A program made the translations under genes and the position numbers. The notes under the pieces were generated by a model. It was not told the origin of the DNA. It saw only the letters and a list, made by a program, of their open reading frames with translations, and did not search any database. DNA of 64,000 nt from Nemertoderma westbladi (lineage: Eukaryota > Animalia > Xenacoelomorpha), in the NCBI GenBank assembly GCA_032718475.1, contig JAUCBJ010007613.1, forward strand, positions 1 to 64,000, written 5' to 3'. Shown here piece after piece: positions 25,921-36,772 of the stretch; the first letter of the stretch is position 1; every line of letters begins with the position of its first letter.

Positions 25921-26434
25921 GCGTTATACGCTACTGTTAAAGGGACCTCACGCTACTATATGTATTATTTAATATACGGTATGAGAGCAATATCGCACGA
26001 AGCAATGTCAGTGTGAAGAGGCAAGTCGTTTCCAAGGTCTACCCAGAGCTTGGTTTAGCCGAGACACGAGGATCTGAACTTTGCATTCCTAATACTCTGC
26101 CTACCAATAATACTTAAATATAGTAGTGGCTTTATTGTACTTTAATAAGTACGGACATTTCATCTTACTGTAGTTACGTATTTATAATAGAATACGGGCA
26201 GTAAGGAAAGAGAAAAAATAATTATTTCTTCGCCGTCTCACTAAATATAATATAAGTAATTACGTACGTAATAAACACGAACATATGGCACTTATTCTAC
26301 AAAATAATCGCTAAATAATATTCTACTAAATTAAATAAAACGATTATAATAAAATTACATAGTAGTGCATACATAAATATAAAAATAATAAAATAATATA
26401 AAATAATAGAGTCACACGCCCACTCCGAACGATA

Positions 26435-29400
26435 TTAAGTTGGGGAGTCCCTAGATGTCGGTTGGATTAGGGAAGTGGTCGTGGGAAGAGTTTCTTGCCT
26501 TCCATAGTTTCCGGAGAGCTCTCTGTCTCTTTCCAGTAAACATAAACGACCCACTGGGCGATTGAGCTGTTGAGTCTCAAAGACTATCCCTGGTTTCTTA
26601 AAGTTACGTCTCATGACGACGAGCTCTACTGATCGCACCAAACCATCGCTCGAGATATAAGTCTCGATGATACGTCCTGTTTGCCATCGCTTACGTGGGA
26701 GATCGGGGTCCACAATAAGCACCATGTCTCCAGCGCTGACGTTTTCTTGCTGCGCAAACCACTTAGTTCGAAGTTGTAGAGTGGGCAGGTAATGTTTCTC
26801 GAAATGGTCAGCGAAACGACGGGATAGCAACTGCATAAGTTGCCAGGTTCGACGGCAGTACTCGTCTCCGTCTGTGATCTCCGATCGTGGGAGCATGGCT
26901 ACGGGTTTCTTCAGTAGAAAGTGCGCGGGTGTTAGCGCTTCCAGGGAATCAGGATTTGAAGAGACTGGCATAAGCGGTCTTTCGTTGAGATAGGCGGCGA
27001 TTTCCTCCATTAACGTCCGCAATAGTTCGTCGGTGAGATAAGCGCGACAAGGCACAATAAAGTGGAACGCAGTCTTCACGCTCCTAATCAATCTCTCCCA
27101 ACTTCCTCCCCACCAAGGGGCGTCGGCGGCGTTGAAGGTCCAGCTAGACGCTGTTATCCTTAGCTGATCGTCCACCTGTCTTTTGTTCCAGTCCTTTACG
27201 TAAGCTTGAATTTCGTTGTTGGCGCCAATGAAGTTCGTTCCCTTATCCGATCTCATCGTGTTACTGGTTCCGAAGCGAGCGATCTGTCGTCGTAAACTCA
27301 ACACGAAGCTGTTGGTGGAGAGATCGTTTACCATATCGAGATGGATAGCTCTACAAGTCATACAAACGAAGATGACACACCATCTCTTGACTATAGTCCG
27401 GGCACGATATACTTCAATAGGGCCAAATAAATCCACACCGGTATTAGTAAAGGGTGGTTCATAGAAGCTTACTCTTTCCCTAGGTAATTCTGCCTCTCGC
27501 TGTGTTAAAGGCCTACTGAATGCTTTCCTACAGGGTATGCAGTTCCTAAGAACTTGGTTCAGAGCCCTACGAGGTTTATAAAAATAGTAGCGAGTTCGAA
27601 TTTCGCTCAGAACTCGTTCTCTACCAGCATGATACAGTTTGCTATGAACATCTACAATTATCTTGATCTGTATGTCAAGATTTCTAATGAGGATGGGAAA
27701 CTTAGTGTCAAAGGATAATGGGGCGTTGGTTAGCCTACCTCCAACACGTATTAACCCATCTATCATGGTACTAGAGAAGCGATCCCTTAAGCGCATCTGT
27801 GGATTTCTTAACAACAGGAAATACTTATCGGAATCCTCATAGCATTGTAGAAGTCTCAGCATCTGTTTGTTGGTTTCATCATGCTCCTGGTAACTGATCT
27901 TTTCCTTTAGAAACCTGTCGGATATCTTGTATTTAGGAAGATCTTTAACAACATGGACTCGTGCAGATGTTGATGGAGCATCATCACTATTGGTCTTTGT
28001 CCCGGAGTAACGATGATGAAAACATCGTTTCAAATAGGTAACAGCTTTACAGAGCCGATTCCAGGAACTGTAGTGACGTATCGCTCGCTGCAAGAGAGGT
28101 GAGAGTCCTTGCGAAATATCTGGTATTCCAGATTTCCAATCCTTGTCACGGATTTCCAAGGCTTCTTTCGTCGTGGCGGTGGGTTTCTGATCCAAAGCAT
28201 CCTCTCCGGAAGTAAATAATACAGATAGATCAACCGCAGGTTTAAACAACTTCGATTTACTCGCTCGAGTTTTGGGTTTAACTTTCTCCACTCCCTTGGC
28301 CTGTCTGATCTCTGCTGTTGTGAGATGGGGAGGCCATTCTTCTTCTTCTCTGTAGAGAAAGTCAGGTCCTCCTAACCATTCGGGAGTATTTACCAATTCC
28401 TTGGGAGTCGCTCCTCGGGACGCGATGTCTGCTGGATTAATCGTTCCGGGGCAATGTCTCCATTGGTCCATCGTCGTGCGACTAAGTATGATGGCTACCC
28501 TGTTGGTAACGAAGACGCTGAACTGACAGACTTCATTGGTTATATACTCTAACATGAGTAAAGCGTCGGTCCAATAGACAGTTTTCTCTAATGGATAGTC
28601 AATCTGTTCTGTTACATTCCGGCCGATGGCTGTAGCGTATAGAGCCGCTTTTAACTCCGCTCGAGGAACTTTCAACTTGTTGTTGATTAATGCCTTAGAA
28701 GTAACCAAGGCGACTTTGATTCCATCCGGAGTTTCCACTCTTAGGTAGGCTACTATACCGATTCCCATATCGCTGGCGTCTCCAAACACATGGAGTTGAT
28801 AGGAATACGTAGGGAGAACATGACCAAAATATGAACGGGAAATTATAAAATCCTCGATCGCTGGCAGAGAATCTTCCCATTTCATCCACTTCTTTAATAA
28901 TTCTCCCTTAAGTGGATCATCCCATGAGTGGTTTTCAAGCCACATTTGTTGTACCAAACTTCGAGCGATCAATATAACTGGGCTAATAAATCCCAATGGA
29001 TCGAAATAAGTGCTCAGTATACTTAAGCAAATCCGTTTGGTTCGAACTGGATTATCTCGCTGTTTTAGTTGGAAAAACAGGATATCTCGCCCTGTGTCCC
29101 ATTTCAAGCCGAGTGTCTTGGTTTCTGGCAGATCATCTTTGATCAAATCGAGATCTTTTGCTCCTCGATCTTCCGCAGGGATCGACTCCAGAAACTCACG
29201 GGAGTTGCTGGTGAATTTGGTTAATCGAAATCCACCTCTTTTTAAGCACTCTACCGTTCCCTTAGCGACCTCAATGGCTTCCTCAATTGATGGAAGGGAC
29301 TTCAGATTGTCGTCCATGTATATGTCTCTTTTGATGTTGTCGATCTCTTCCTTAGAGAAGGCCTCTCTGTTGTCCTCTGCAGTGGTACGCACTACCGAAC

Positions 29401-32400
29401 AGGCGTTGGAAGGGCTTGAGATTATCCCAAAGGCCTGGATGGTCATCCAGTACTCCACCGGTTTCTGGTTGAGGTCTCCTTCGGGCCACCATAGAAATCG
29501 TAAGCTATCCCGATCCCTATCCAACACTTTGACTTGTAAGAACATGCCTTCTATATCTGAGGCGAAAGCAATCGAATATTGTCTCAATCTTAAAAGAATT
29601 CCCAACAAAGATTGAAGCAAGTTGGGTCCGGGTAACAATTCAGAGTTAAGGGATTGACCCATGTAAAGAGCGGAGCCATCAAACACTACTCTCACTTCAT
29701 TGGGTTTACCGGGTTTAGGAACGTAATGGTGAGTTAAATAATACGTTCTTTCAGTCACAGGTGTTTCTTCCGGTACTCTCTCCGCGTATCCCTTATTAAT
29801 AAATTTTTCCAGCTGTGTTTGATACATTGCTTTAGCTGATGAATTAGCCGTAAGGCGTCGATGGAGTTGCGCGATTCTTTTTTCCGCCAAAGGTCTGTTA
29901 TTGATGAGCTTCGGTTCTTTCTTGTGGAAAGGTAAACCGACTTCATACCTACCTTGATCTTTGAGGAAACATGTAGTTGTCTCTTGGATCTGCTTGGCCC
30001 TTTCCTCTTCCACCGACAAGGCTTTATCGTAGGAATTGGGCTCTACCGCCTCTTGCGTAAAGAATCGTACAGCATGTTCATCCCGAATCTTGGCATTATG
30101 ACGCTCAATGACGTCATTTAACTCGTCGTTATAAGCTTCTCGTTCAGATGGATAGAGAAGTTGACATAAGTTCACTTGGTTTTGCCAAGCCTCGTTTTCC
30201 TTAAGGAGATCGATGGTATTCTCCTCATCAAAAAGCTGGTGAACATCGTCGTTATCTGAGGAGTATGGAATTCCCTCAGTTGAATCGTCTCCCTCACTAG
30301 CATCATCTTCCCATTCACTCACCTGGTAGACTCTCTCTTGCGGTAGTCTTTCTCTGAGTGTTCTACGGGAAGGGCCAGTAAAGTACCAACCTACACTAGT
30401 TCTTACCGCATAGGTCTGTAGGGGCTGCGGTTGAGCAGGCCGTTTCTCTAACGTCTCCAGCGCCTCATGCGCGTTTTGGCCGATGAGTATTTGCACTCCA
30501 GGATAATCAGTCTGGAATCGAGGTATGTTAAGATGTTGGATGCTCTCATCCTCGTCCCAATCATAAAGGTCTGCTTGAGTAGTAGCGAAGTTCTTTATAG
30601 CCACCATTTTCACTGACCTTATGCTGTGTTCTCCTAATTCGTCCTGGGGGGTGGACAACGCTCCTACATAATAATCAGCTGTTATTGTAGATTTCCAAAC
30701 TTGCATAATGCCTGACATGTTGAGCTTAGTTTGGAACTTGGGTTGTCCAGCAAATATATTTTCGGCTAGCTCTTTATCGATGAATGTTCCTGTGCTGCCG
30801 GAGTCCAGGAGGGCGTTCACTATATAACTCCGTTTAGGTCCGTGCACCCTTACCTGCACCACAGGAAACTCTCGGATCCCTACATTGGAAGATGGCTCTT
30901 TCCAAGATGGTTGTCGTTCAGAAGTAGTTAGAGTAAAGTCGTTCTCTGTATCTTTTTCATATGTGAGTGCTCGATACACTGCGGTATTTATCATGTAACA
31001 GGATTCGTTTTCGTCGGAGAACTCGTCTGTATAGAATCCTTCCATCTCAGATTGATCAGTGTCGTTCACATCACTGAATTGGACATGTAACTCGGAATCA
31101 CTCACCTGATTCGGACTATTTCGATCGAATTCAGCGTGCAACAAGATATGATGTTTCGCACCACACTTTGCACACCTTATGTCAGAGAAACAGGTTCGCC
31201 GTTGGTGTCCTTGTCTGAGGCAGTTATAACATAACCGCTTATCCCACATGACTTCGCGTCTCTCTGTTAATGATTTCTTTAGAAATTCATCACATCTATT
31301 CAAATGGTGGGTCCCGTCGCACAGCGCACATTTTGGTTTGATGTTACTTACCTTATTTTGAGTCACATTGTGTACACTTGCCTTTTCTTCGGGCTTTCTC
31401 ACCTGAATTCTCTTGGGAGACGTGGGAGGAGTTTTTCTTACCTGTTCCCTCCTGTCATTTGTTCGAGACTTGAATTTACTCACCTGATCTTTAGGAATTT
31501 TATTTACGTAATAAGATCTATCAGTGTCTTTCCCGCTATCTTCTCCTTGAGAAGTCTGGCTTTCGCCGTCATCGGTATAACATACTGGTGTTACCTTTCT
31601 CCTAGAGACGGGTTTTTCACTTACCTTGTTTTCCGGTGTCTTCTCCCTAGACAGTTTCAGGAGCTGTAATTTCACTTCTCCATCTAGGAATGACATTAGA
31701 TCAGCCATGGTAGGGTCTCGCCGTTGTTGTTCCATCATATATAACACTTTCTTATCCCAGCGTGTACCTACTCCACCTTTCGGTAAAGTAGAAGCCACTG
31801 CTCTAATAACCATAGTGTTCTGATACTCATGAGACTTACCTAGCCAATCTAATTGTCTGCAGATCTCCTGGATCTCATCGGAAAACTCGATAATTCCGCT
31901 ACTAATAAACTTTCGGGGCGCTACTAACTTTGCATACAAGTACCCAGCGATATTATTCCTATTACCATACCTGATGTTTAGTGTATCCCAAACTTGTCTT
32001 AATCCGTCTGGATGTCCAATAAACTTTAACGCCATTAACTTGGGAGATCCTTCCAAGCACTCGATGAGGTATCTAAGTTTTTCTCCATTAGATAGTACAG
32101 AGTTCTGTATGTTATCTTTGTAATATTCATTAAAAGGTAACCATTTCATCTCATCTCCATTGAACTTGACGATCTCTCCCACCTTTACCGCTTGCCGGGC
32201 TTCGGTTCTAGCCATTTGACGCGTAAAACTTTCTTGGGCCATCGTGTTATTTAATATCGAGTTATCGGTATATAAATTTCTCGGATTATGATCAGTTCTA
32301 TATGGAATATCATTATCAACAGGTCTATAATTACCCTTAATAGGGTTCACTATAGGAGTTTCAACTTCGCTAGCAGTATATATGCGTGTAGGCTCCACAC

Positions 32401-34600
32401 CTTGCGCATGAGATACTTCAGACCTAACAGGTTGACACATTGTTACTGAGGGTGGTGGTATACCTCTTTGTGTGTTTACTAATTTATCGCGCTCTAGCGC
32501 GATACTTTGCTGCACTTCTTGCAACTCTAGCCTACTTTCCCTTACTGTGCCCTTGAACTGCTGGACAGTCTCCTGCATCTGTCCGAGCAGGATATCCATC
32601 CCCCGCCGTCCCTCGTCCACCCATTCGACCGCCGAAGCGGGAGTCGCCAACGTTGTAGCGGGCGGACGATGGACAACGGGTGACAAATTATGAATATTGC
32701 GCTCGGGACCCAGGACCTGAACTGTCTCTGGGGCAGTTCTACGGGGCACAGGTAGCTTAGTGCTATGCAGAGGGAATTTAGAGGTAGTCTCAGGGAGCAC
32801 AGGTGTGTCTATCACCGAAGGGGTGATTTCAAGAACAGGCCTAATTATTTCAGGCTCATCTACTATAGTAGGGAGTCTTTCTATTTTAATTATTTGGTCT
32901 GTGGGCTCTGTACTACCTAAGTTGGTGTTATTTAGTTGCCTTCTAACAGCTGGAGGCAAATCAGGCAATTTCTGACGGTGGAATGTTCTTTTACGTCTGC
33001 TTAGACGAGATCTATTTCCTTTGCCTTCAGTATCGGTGGTATCGCCTTCCTCCGATGATGTATATCCCTGTCTTTTGGGAGTAGATCGATCCATCATCTG
33101 CATATTGCTAGCCGTTAACTGTTTATTTATGCAGTCTTGATTCTCCTGAATGTTTTCCAATTCTAACTGGGTGGTTTCTTCAGTCGCTCTCCGTTCTGCT
33201 TCTGCCACTGCCTCTGCCGCCTTTCTTTCAGCTGCTGCTTCTGCCAAGGTCGCCTTTGCTTCTGCCGCTGCCTCTGCCGCCTTTGCCTCTGCCGCTGCCT
33301 CTGCCGCCTTTGCCTCTGCCGCTGCCGCTTTTGCCTCTGCCGCTGCCGCTGCCGCTTTTGCCTCTGCTGCTGCCTCTGCCGCTGCCACTTTTCTTTCTGC
33401 TTCTGCAGCTACCACTGCTGCTTTCTTTCTGTCTTCTATACGTTTTTTCTTTACTTGTTCTTCTTGGACTCGTGTCAGGCGGAGTTGTTCATCAAATTTA
33501 GCCTGATTCGCAGCCCTCATTTCCACATCGATGGCATCCAACACAAGCTTGGTTCCTTCGCTATTAGGGCTAAGTCCCTCTAACCTTCTCCTCAACTCGT
33601 CATCACCTAAAAAACGTTGATAGTCTGACAGATAGATGTCAATGGCATCCCTCTTATGCGGTTTCTCTGCCGTCGCTTCACTTTCCACTTGGGAAAAAGT
33701 AGCGTCTGTTGATTCTCCATGGGTTGAGCGCTCCTCCAGCTGAGCTTTCCACTGAGCTGTTCCTTGAACCTGGAGACTTACCCTTTGAAACCAAGTCTTT
33801 ACGGCAACTTGCAACGACGTGTCTTGTCTTCGTTTAGAAGCCTCCTCAAAGGCCGATAATATTAGCCTGATTCGTAGAATTCTTTCTCTAACTTGATAAA
33901 GCAGCGATCCCTGCTCTTGAGGTCCTTGAGGTTGTTGAAACAGTTGTTCTTTTACTCGCTCCATAGAGCTGAAGAATCCCTGTGCGTATCCGGCTGCGGA
34001 CCTCTTCCACACAGCTGGATCGATGGTTTCCTTGGCTACTCCCATCCGGTGTATGTCTTCCCAGGCAGCTTCTGATAAATCAAACGGGAGTCCGGGTCCG
34101 GGAAAGTTCCATTGCGACTCGACAATGGACTTCAGTTCTTCACTCGTGTATCCCGCGTAACTATCTCTAGTTGACCGTTGACTTCTCGCCCAATCGATCT
34201 GGTGTTCTTCCACCGCGATCAATAACCTAGTGAGTACGGCTGCAGGAAGGATGAGAAGGGGATCCGTATAAACCGCATCCGTCATCTCTGCTCCGCGCTC
34301 GGGTGTCAGCTCTACAGTATCCTCACTACTGGAGCTGCTGGGCCGCTGAGGAATAAGTTCTTGACTCGCGGGTTGTTGCTGTTCCGCTGCTTCTTGGTCC
34401 CGCTTGACCTGAGCTCGGGTGCCTATGATAGACCTACGATGTTGGACTAGCCTAGGTTCTGTTATTACTACTGGAGGGATGACCTTCCTCACAGTGGGAG
34501 GTGAACTGAACTTACGACTAGAGGGTTCTACACCTCTATCTGAGTCGCAGATAGTTACATCTAATAGACTGTCTGACAGGTTCTGCTTAGTATCAGACAT
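26435..34600 (-). CDS. Gag-Pol polyprotein of BEL/Pao element B (2721 aa)
   Basis: Ala/Glu/Lys coiled-coil; DUF1759-like capsid (KFNGDEMKWLPF); BEL knuckles CALC..H..C, CYNC..H..C, CAKC..HH..LH; protease LLDSGS; RT YMDD; RNase H FGDAS; integrase HHCC + GVDLFG/SDKGTNF/WER; DUF5641-like tail. Confidence 0.97.
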   Translation of the reverse strand: MSDTKQNLSDSLLDVTICDSDRGVEPSSRKFSSPPTVRKVIPPVVITEPRLVQHRRSIIGTRAQVKRDQEAAEQQQPASQELIPQRPSSSSSEDTVELTPERGAEMTDAVYTDPLLILPAAVLTRLLIAVEEHQIDWARSQRSTRDSYAGYTSEELKSIVESQWNFPGPGLPFDLSEAAWEDIHRMGVAKETIDPAVWKRSAAGYAQGFFSSMERVKEQLFQQPQGPQEQGSLLYQVRERILRIRLILSAFEEASKRRQDTSLQVAVKTWFQRVSLQVQGTAQWKAQLEERSTHGESTDATFSQVESEATAEKPHKRDAIDIYLSDYQRFLGDDELRRRLEGLSPNSEGTKLVLDAIDVEMRAANQAKFDEQLRLTRVQEEQVKKKRIEDRKKAAVVAAEAERKVAAAEAAAEAKAAAAAAEAKAAAAEAKAAEAAAEAKAAEAAAEAKATLAEAAAERKAAEAVAEAERRATEETTQLELENIQENQDCINKQLTASNMQMMDRSTPKRQGYTSSEEGDTTDTEGKGNRSRLSRRKRTFHRQKLPDLPPAVRRQLNNTNLGSTEPTDQIIKIERLPTIVDEPEIIRPVLEITPSVIDTPVLPETTSKFPLHSTKLPVPRRTAPETVQVLGPERNIHNLSPVVHRPPATTLATPASAVEWVDEGRRGMDILLGQMQETVQQFKGTVRESRLELQEVQQSIALERDKLVNTQRGIPPPSVTMCQPVRSEVSHAQGVEPTRIYTASEVETPIVNPIKGNYRPVDNDIPYRTDHNPRNLYTDNSILNNTMAQESFTRQMARTEARQAVKVGEIVKFNGDEMKWLPFNEYYKDNIQNSVLSNGEKLRYLIECLEGSPKLMALKFIGHPDGLRQVWDTLNIRYGNRNNIAGYLYAKLVAPRKFISSGIIEFSDEIQEICRQLDWLGKSHEYQNTMVIRAVASTLPKGGVGTRWDKKVLYMMEQQRRDPTMADLMSFLDGEVKLQLLKLSREKTPENKVSEKPVSRRKVTPVCYTDDGESQTSQGEDSGKDTDRSYYVNKIPKDQVSKFKSRTNDRREQVRKTPPTSPKRIQVRKPEEKASVHNVTQNKVSNIKPKCALCDGTHHLNRCDEFLKKSLTERREVMWDKRLCYNCLRQGHQRRTCFSDIRCAKCGAKHHILLHAEFDRNSPNQVSDSELHVQFSDVNDTDQSEMEGFYTDEFSDENESCYMINTAVYRALTYEKDTENDFTLTTSERQPSWKEPSSNVGIREFPVVQVRVHGPKRSYIVNALLDSGSTGTFIDKELAENIFAGQPKFQTKLNMSGIMQVWKSTITADYYVGALSTPQDELGEHSIRSVKMVAIKNFATTQADLYDWDEDESIQHLNIPRFQTDYPGVQILIGQNAHEALETLEKRPAQPQPLQTYAVRTSVGWYFTGPSRRTLRERLPQERVYQVSEWEDDASEGDDSTEGIPYSSDNDDVHQLFDEENTIDLLKENEAWQNQVNLCQLLYPSEREAYNDELNDVIERHNAKIRDEHAVRFFTQEAVEPNSYDKALSVEEERAKQIQETTTCFLKDQGRYEVGLPFHKKEPKLINNRPLAEKRIAQLHRRLTANSSAKAMYQTQLEKFINKGYAERVPEETPVTERTYYLTHHYVPKPGKPNEVRVVFDGSALYMGQSLNSELLPGPNLLQSLLGILLRLRQYSIAFASDIEGMFLQVKVLDRDRDSLRFLWWPEGDLNQKPVEYWMTIQAFGIISSPSNACSVVRTTAEDNREAFSKEEIDNIKRDIYMDDNLKSLPSIEEAIEVAKGTVECLKRGGFRLTKFTSNSREFLESIPAEDRGAKDLDLIKDDLPETKTLGLKWDTGRDILFFQLKQRDNPVRTKRICLSILSTYFDPLGFISPVILIARSLVQQMWLENHSWDDPLKGELLKKWMKWEDSLPAIEDFIISRSYFGHVLPTYSYQLHVFGDASDMGIGIVAYLRVETPDGIKVALVTSKALINNKLKVPRAELKAALYATAIGRNVTEQIDYPLEKTVYWTDALLMLEYITNEVCQFSVFVTNRVAIILSRTTMDQWRHCPGTINPADIASRGATPKELVNTPEWLGGPDFLYREEEEWPPHLTTAEIRQAKGVEKVKPKTRASKSKLFKPAVDLSVLFTSGEDALDQKPTATTKEALEIRDKDWKSGIPDISQGLSPLLQRAIRHYSSWNRLCKAVTYLKRCFHHRYSGTKTNSDDAPSTSARVHVVKDLPKYKISDRFLKEKISYQEHDETNKQMLRLLQCYEDSDKYFLLLRNPQMRLRDRFSSTMIDGLIRVGGRLTNAPLSFDTKFPILIRNLDIQIKIIVDVHSKLYHAGRERVLSEIRTRYYFYKPRRALNQVLRNCIPCRKAFSRPLTQREAELPRERVSFYEPPFTNTGVDLFGPIEVYRARTIVKRWCVIFVCMTCRAIHLDMVNDLSTNSFVLSLRRQIARFGTSNTMRSDKGTNFIGANNEIQAYVKDWNKRQVDDQLRITASSWTFNAADAPWWGGSWERLIRSVKTAFHFIVPCRAYLTDELLRTLMEEIAAYLNERPLMPVSSNPDSLEALTPAHFLLKKPVAMLPRSEITDGDEYCRRTWQLMQLLSRRFADHFEKHYLPTLQLRTKWFAQQENVSAGDMVLIVDPDLPRKRWQTGRIIETYISSDGLVRSVELVVMRRNFKKPGIVFETQQLNRPVGRLCLLERDRELSGNYGRQETLPTTTSLIQPTSRDSPT

Positions 34601-35909
34601 ATTTGTGAGTACAGTTGAATGCCTACTGCTATATTACAGTCTAAGCAAGTCTAGTAATTCAGTATTAACTGCTAGCCTAGTAATTAATTACCGATACTGT
34701 TACTCAGTGTAGCGTGATATATATAATATATTAAATACCGGTATGCTTATAGTATATATAAGTATTATTACAGACTAGGTTTATCACAGAATACCGGTAT
34801 AATTTTAGCACAAATATATATAAATATATAATAGGCCTATCGGGAATACCGGTATACAGCTTACAGTTTGTAGTATATATAATTCTGGACTAGAATTAAT
34901 TACAAGTACCGGTATAATTTCAGCCTAAATTTATAGAAATAAAGATAATAGGCCTATCGTAAATACCGGTATATCAATTATTTTAAATAATTGAATTTCT
35001 GAATTTTAGGGTTACTTGGTTACTTTACTTAGTTTATTACTGTTATTTGAGCAGTAATTCAACTGATATTGAGACCTAATGGTTTTATGGTAGGCCTACT
35101 ATTTATAAATCGTTAGATTTGATTTATAGTATATATATACCCGTTTTAATGGGTTTAGTCAATGTTTGAAATAAATGTTATTATTTCTGGGGAGTAATCA
35201 CTACACAAAGCGGTGCGCTTTCAGTGAAGTGTTACTTATAGGACACTAAAACAAATAATTCTAATTTACCTAAGTTACTTAATACTACAAATTACGTACA
35301 ATTCGGGTGAGATTACAATCTCTAAATAAACATAAAAATTTACAAAACACAAAATACGAATTTTTAGGGTAATTTTACAAGAAGTCTACAAACCAGCCTA
35401 ACAAAGGGTTAGAATTCTGGTTATTACAACGGACAGGGTAATGCGGTATTTGAAATAATAAGTAGTAGTAAATACACTGCGTTGTCCAGATAGGAAAATA
35501 CCACCGCCTGACGACCTATAGCCGTATCGCTATAGGTTCTACGTTATGTATCACGGAGTGTTCCTACCTTGAAGTTAATAGAGCTAATCGAACGTGCCTA
35601 TCAACCACTTTACAACACAAATATAATGCCTACACTAATTACTTCGGAAAGTACTGTACACTAAACCCTAAATTAGGTACGAGTACTTGTACAACAGATA
35701 ATCAGTAGTTAAATATACTTGAACAGCTAAAAGAACCACGGCATCTGCTGGAGTGACCGATGCACAAAATCACCAGTCTTTACCTACGCCGAGCAGCCCG
35801 TGTAGTACCGGGGTTAATTTAACTATAGCGGTATGTATAACAAACACAATTACTGTAGGAACAAACTTGGGGAATGAATGTTGCGGATAATCGCATAAAC
35901 TCTGAATAA

Positions 35910-36480
35910 TAAATATTACGCTACGCGTACAAACTACTCAAACAAAATACAGACCGAACACTGACAGACTACTATCAAGCCTAAACAAACTACGGTATAT
36001 GCAGACTCCGAAATGATTAGGGAGTATGCGCTCTAACCCAGTAGTGCGACTTATTCTTTAGTTGGGGGTTTACCTTACAGCGTTCGCTGCCCCTACTTCC
36101 TAACCGTACTTAATCAGACAAATGATCTACACACACTGCAATCCGTTCAGACCTAATAACAGCCAGACAACTATCCAGCCTACAAATTATCTAAATAAAA
36201 TTATACGCTACCCGTACAGACTTACACAAACAAAGTACAGACTAAACGATGGCAGACTACTCTCAAGCCTAAATAAACTACAGGACATGCAGACTCCGAA
36301 ATGATTAGGGAGTATGCGTTCTAACCCAGTAGTACGACTTATTCTTTAATTGGGGGTTTACCTTACAGCATTCGCTGCCCCTACTGCCTAATCGTACTTA
36401 ATCGGACAGGTGATCTACACACACTGCAATTCGTTCGGACTTAACAGCAATCAGACAACAGCTCAGCCTACAAATCGTCT
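35910..36480. repeat. Tandem 288-bp duplication in the 5' leader of B
   Basis: gcagactccgaaatgattagggagtatgcg at 36001 and 36289, with colinear flanks. Confidence 0.9.
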
Positions 36481-36772
36481 GTACAATCTGATCAGGTTTA
36501 CACGCCTTCTGTTCAATACTGGCCTACAAATAAATAAAACTTGACAGAAATAAGTAAACCATATAAAGGAATAAGGGGTGATCAATCCCTAATCCCTTAA
36601 ACAGCCTACCGGTATGCAACAATCAAATCGAATAATACTAGTGTACTTATACGGAAGTACCGGTTGGGACAGCTAGGCCTACGGACCTACAGAATGTACC
36701 GGTTCAGGTTTACCGGTTGACCGGTACTTTCAACTTTATTGCTTACTGCAATAAAGAAGCTATATCCTTTAA

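Noticed and set aside
35910-36480. Hammerhead ribozyme in the tandem duplication
   Set aside because: No CUGANGA...GAAA core with flanking stems found on either strand.
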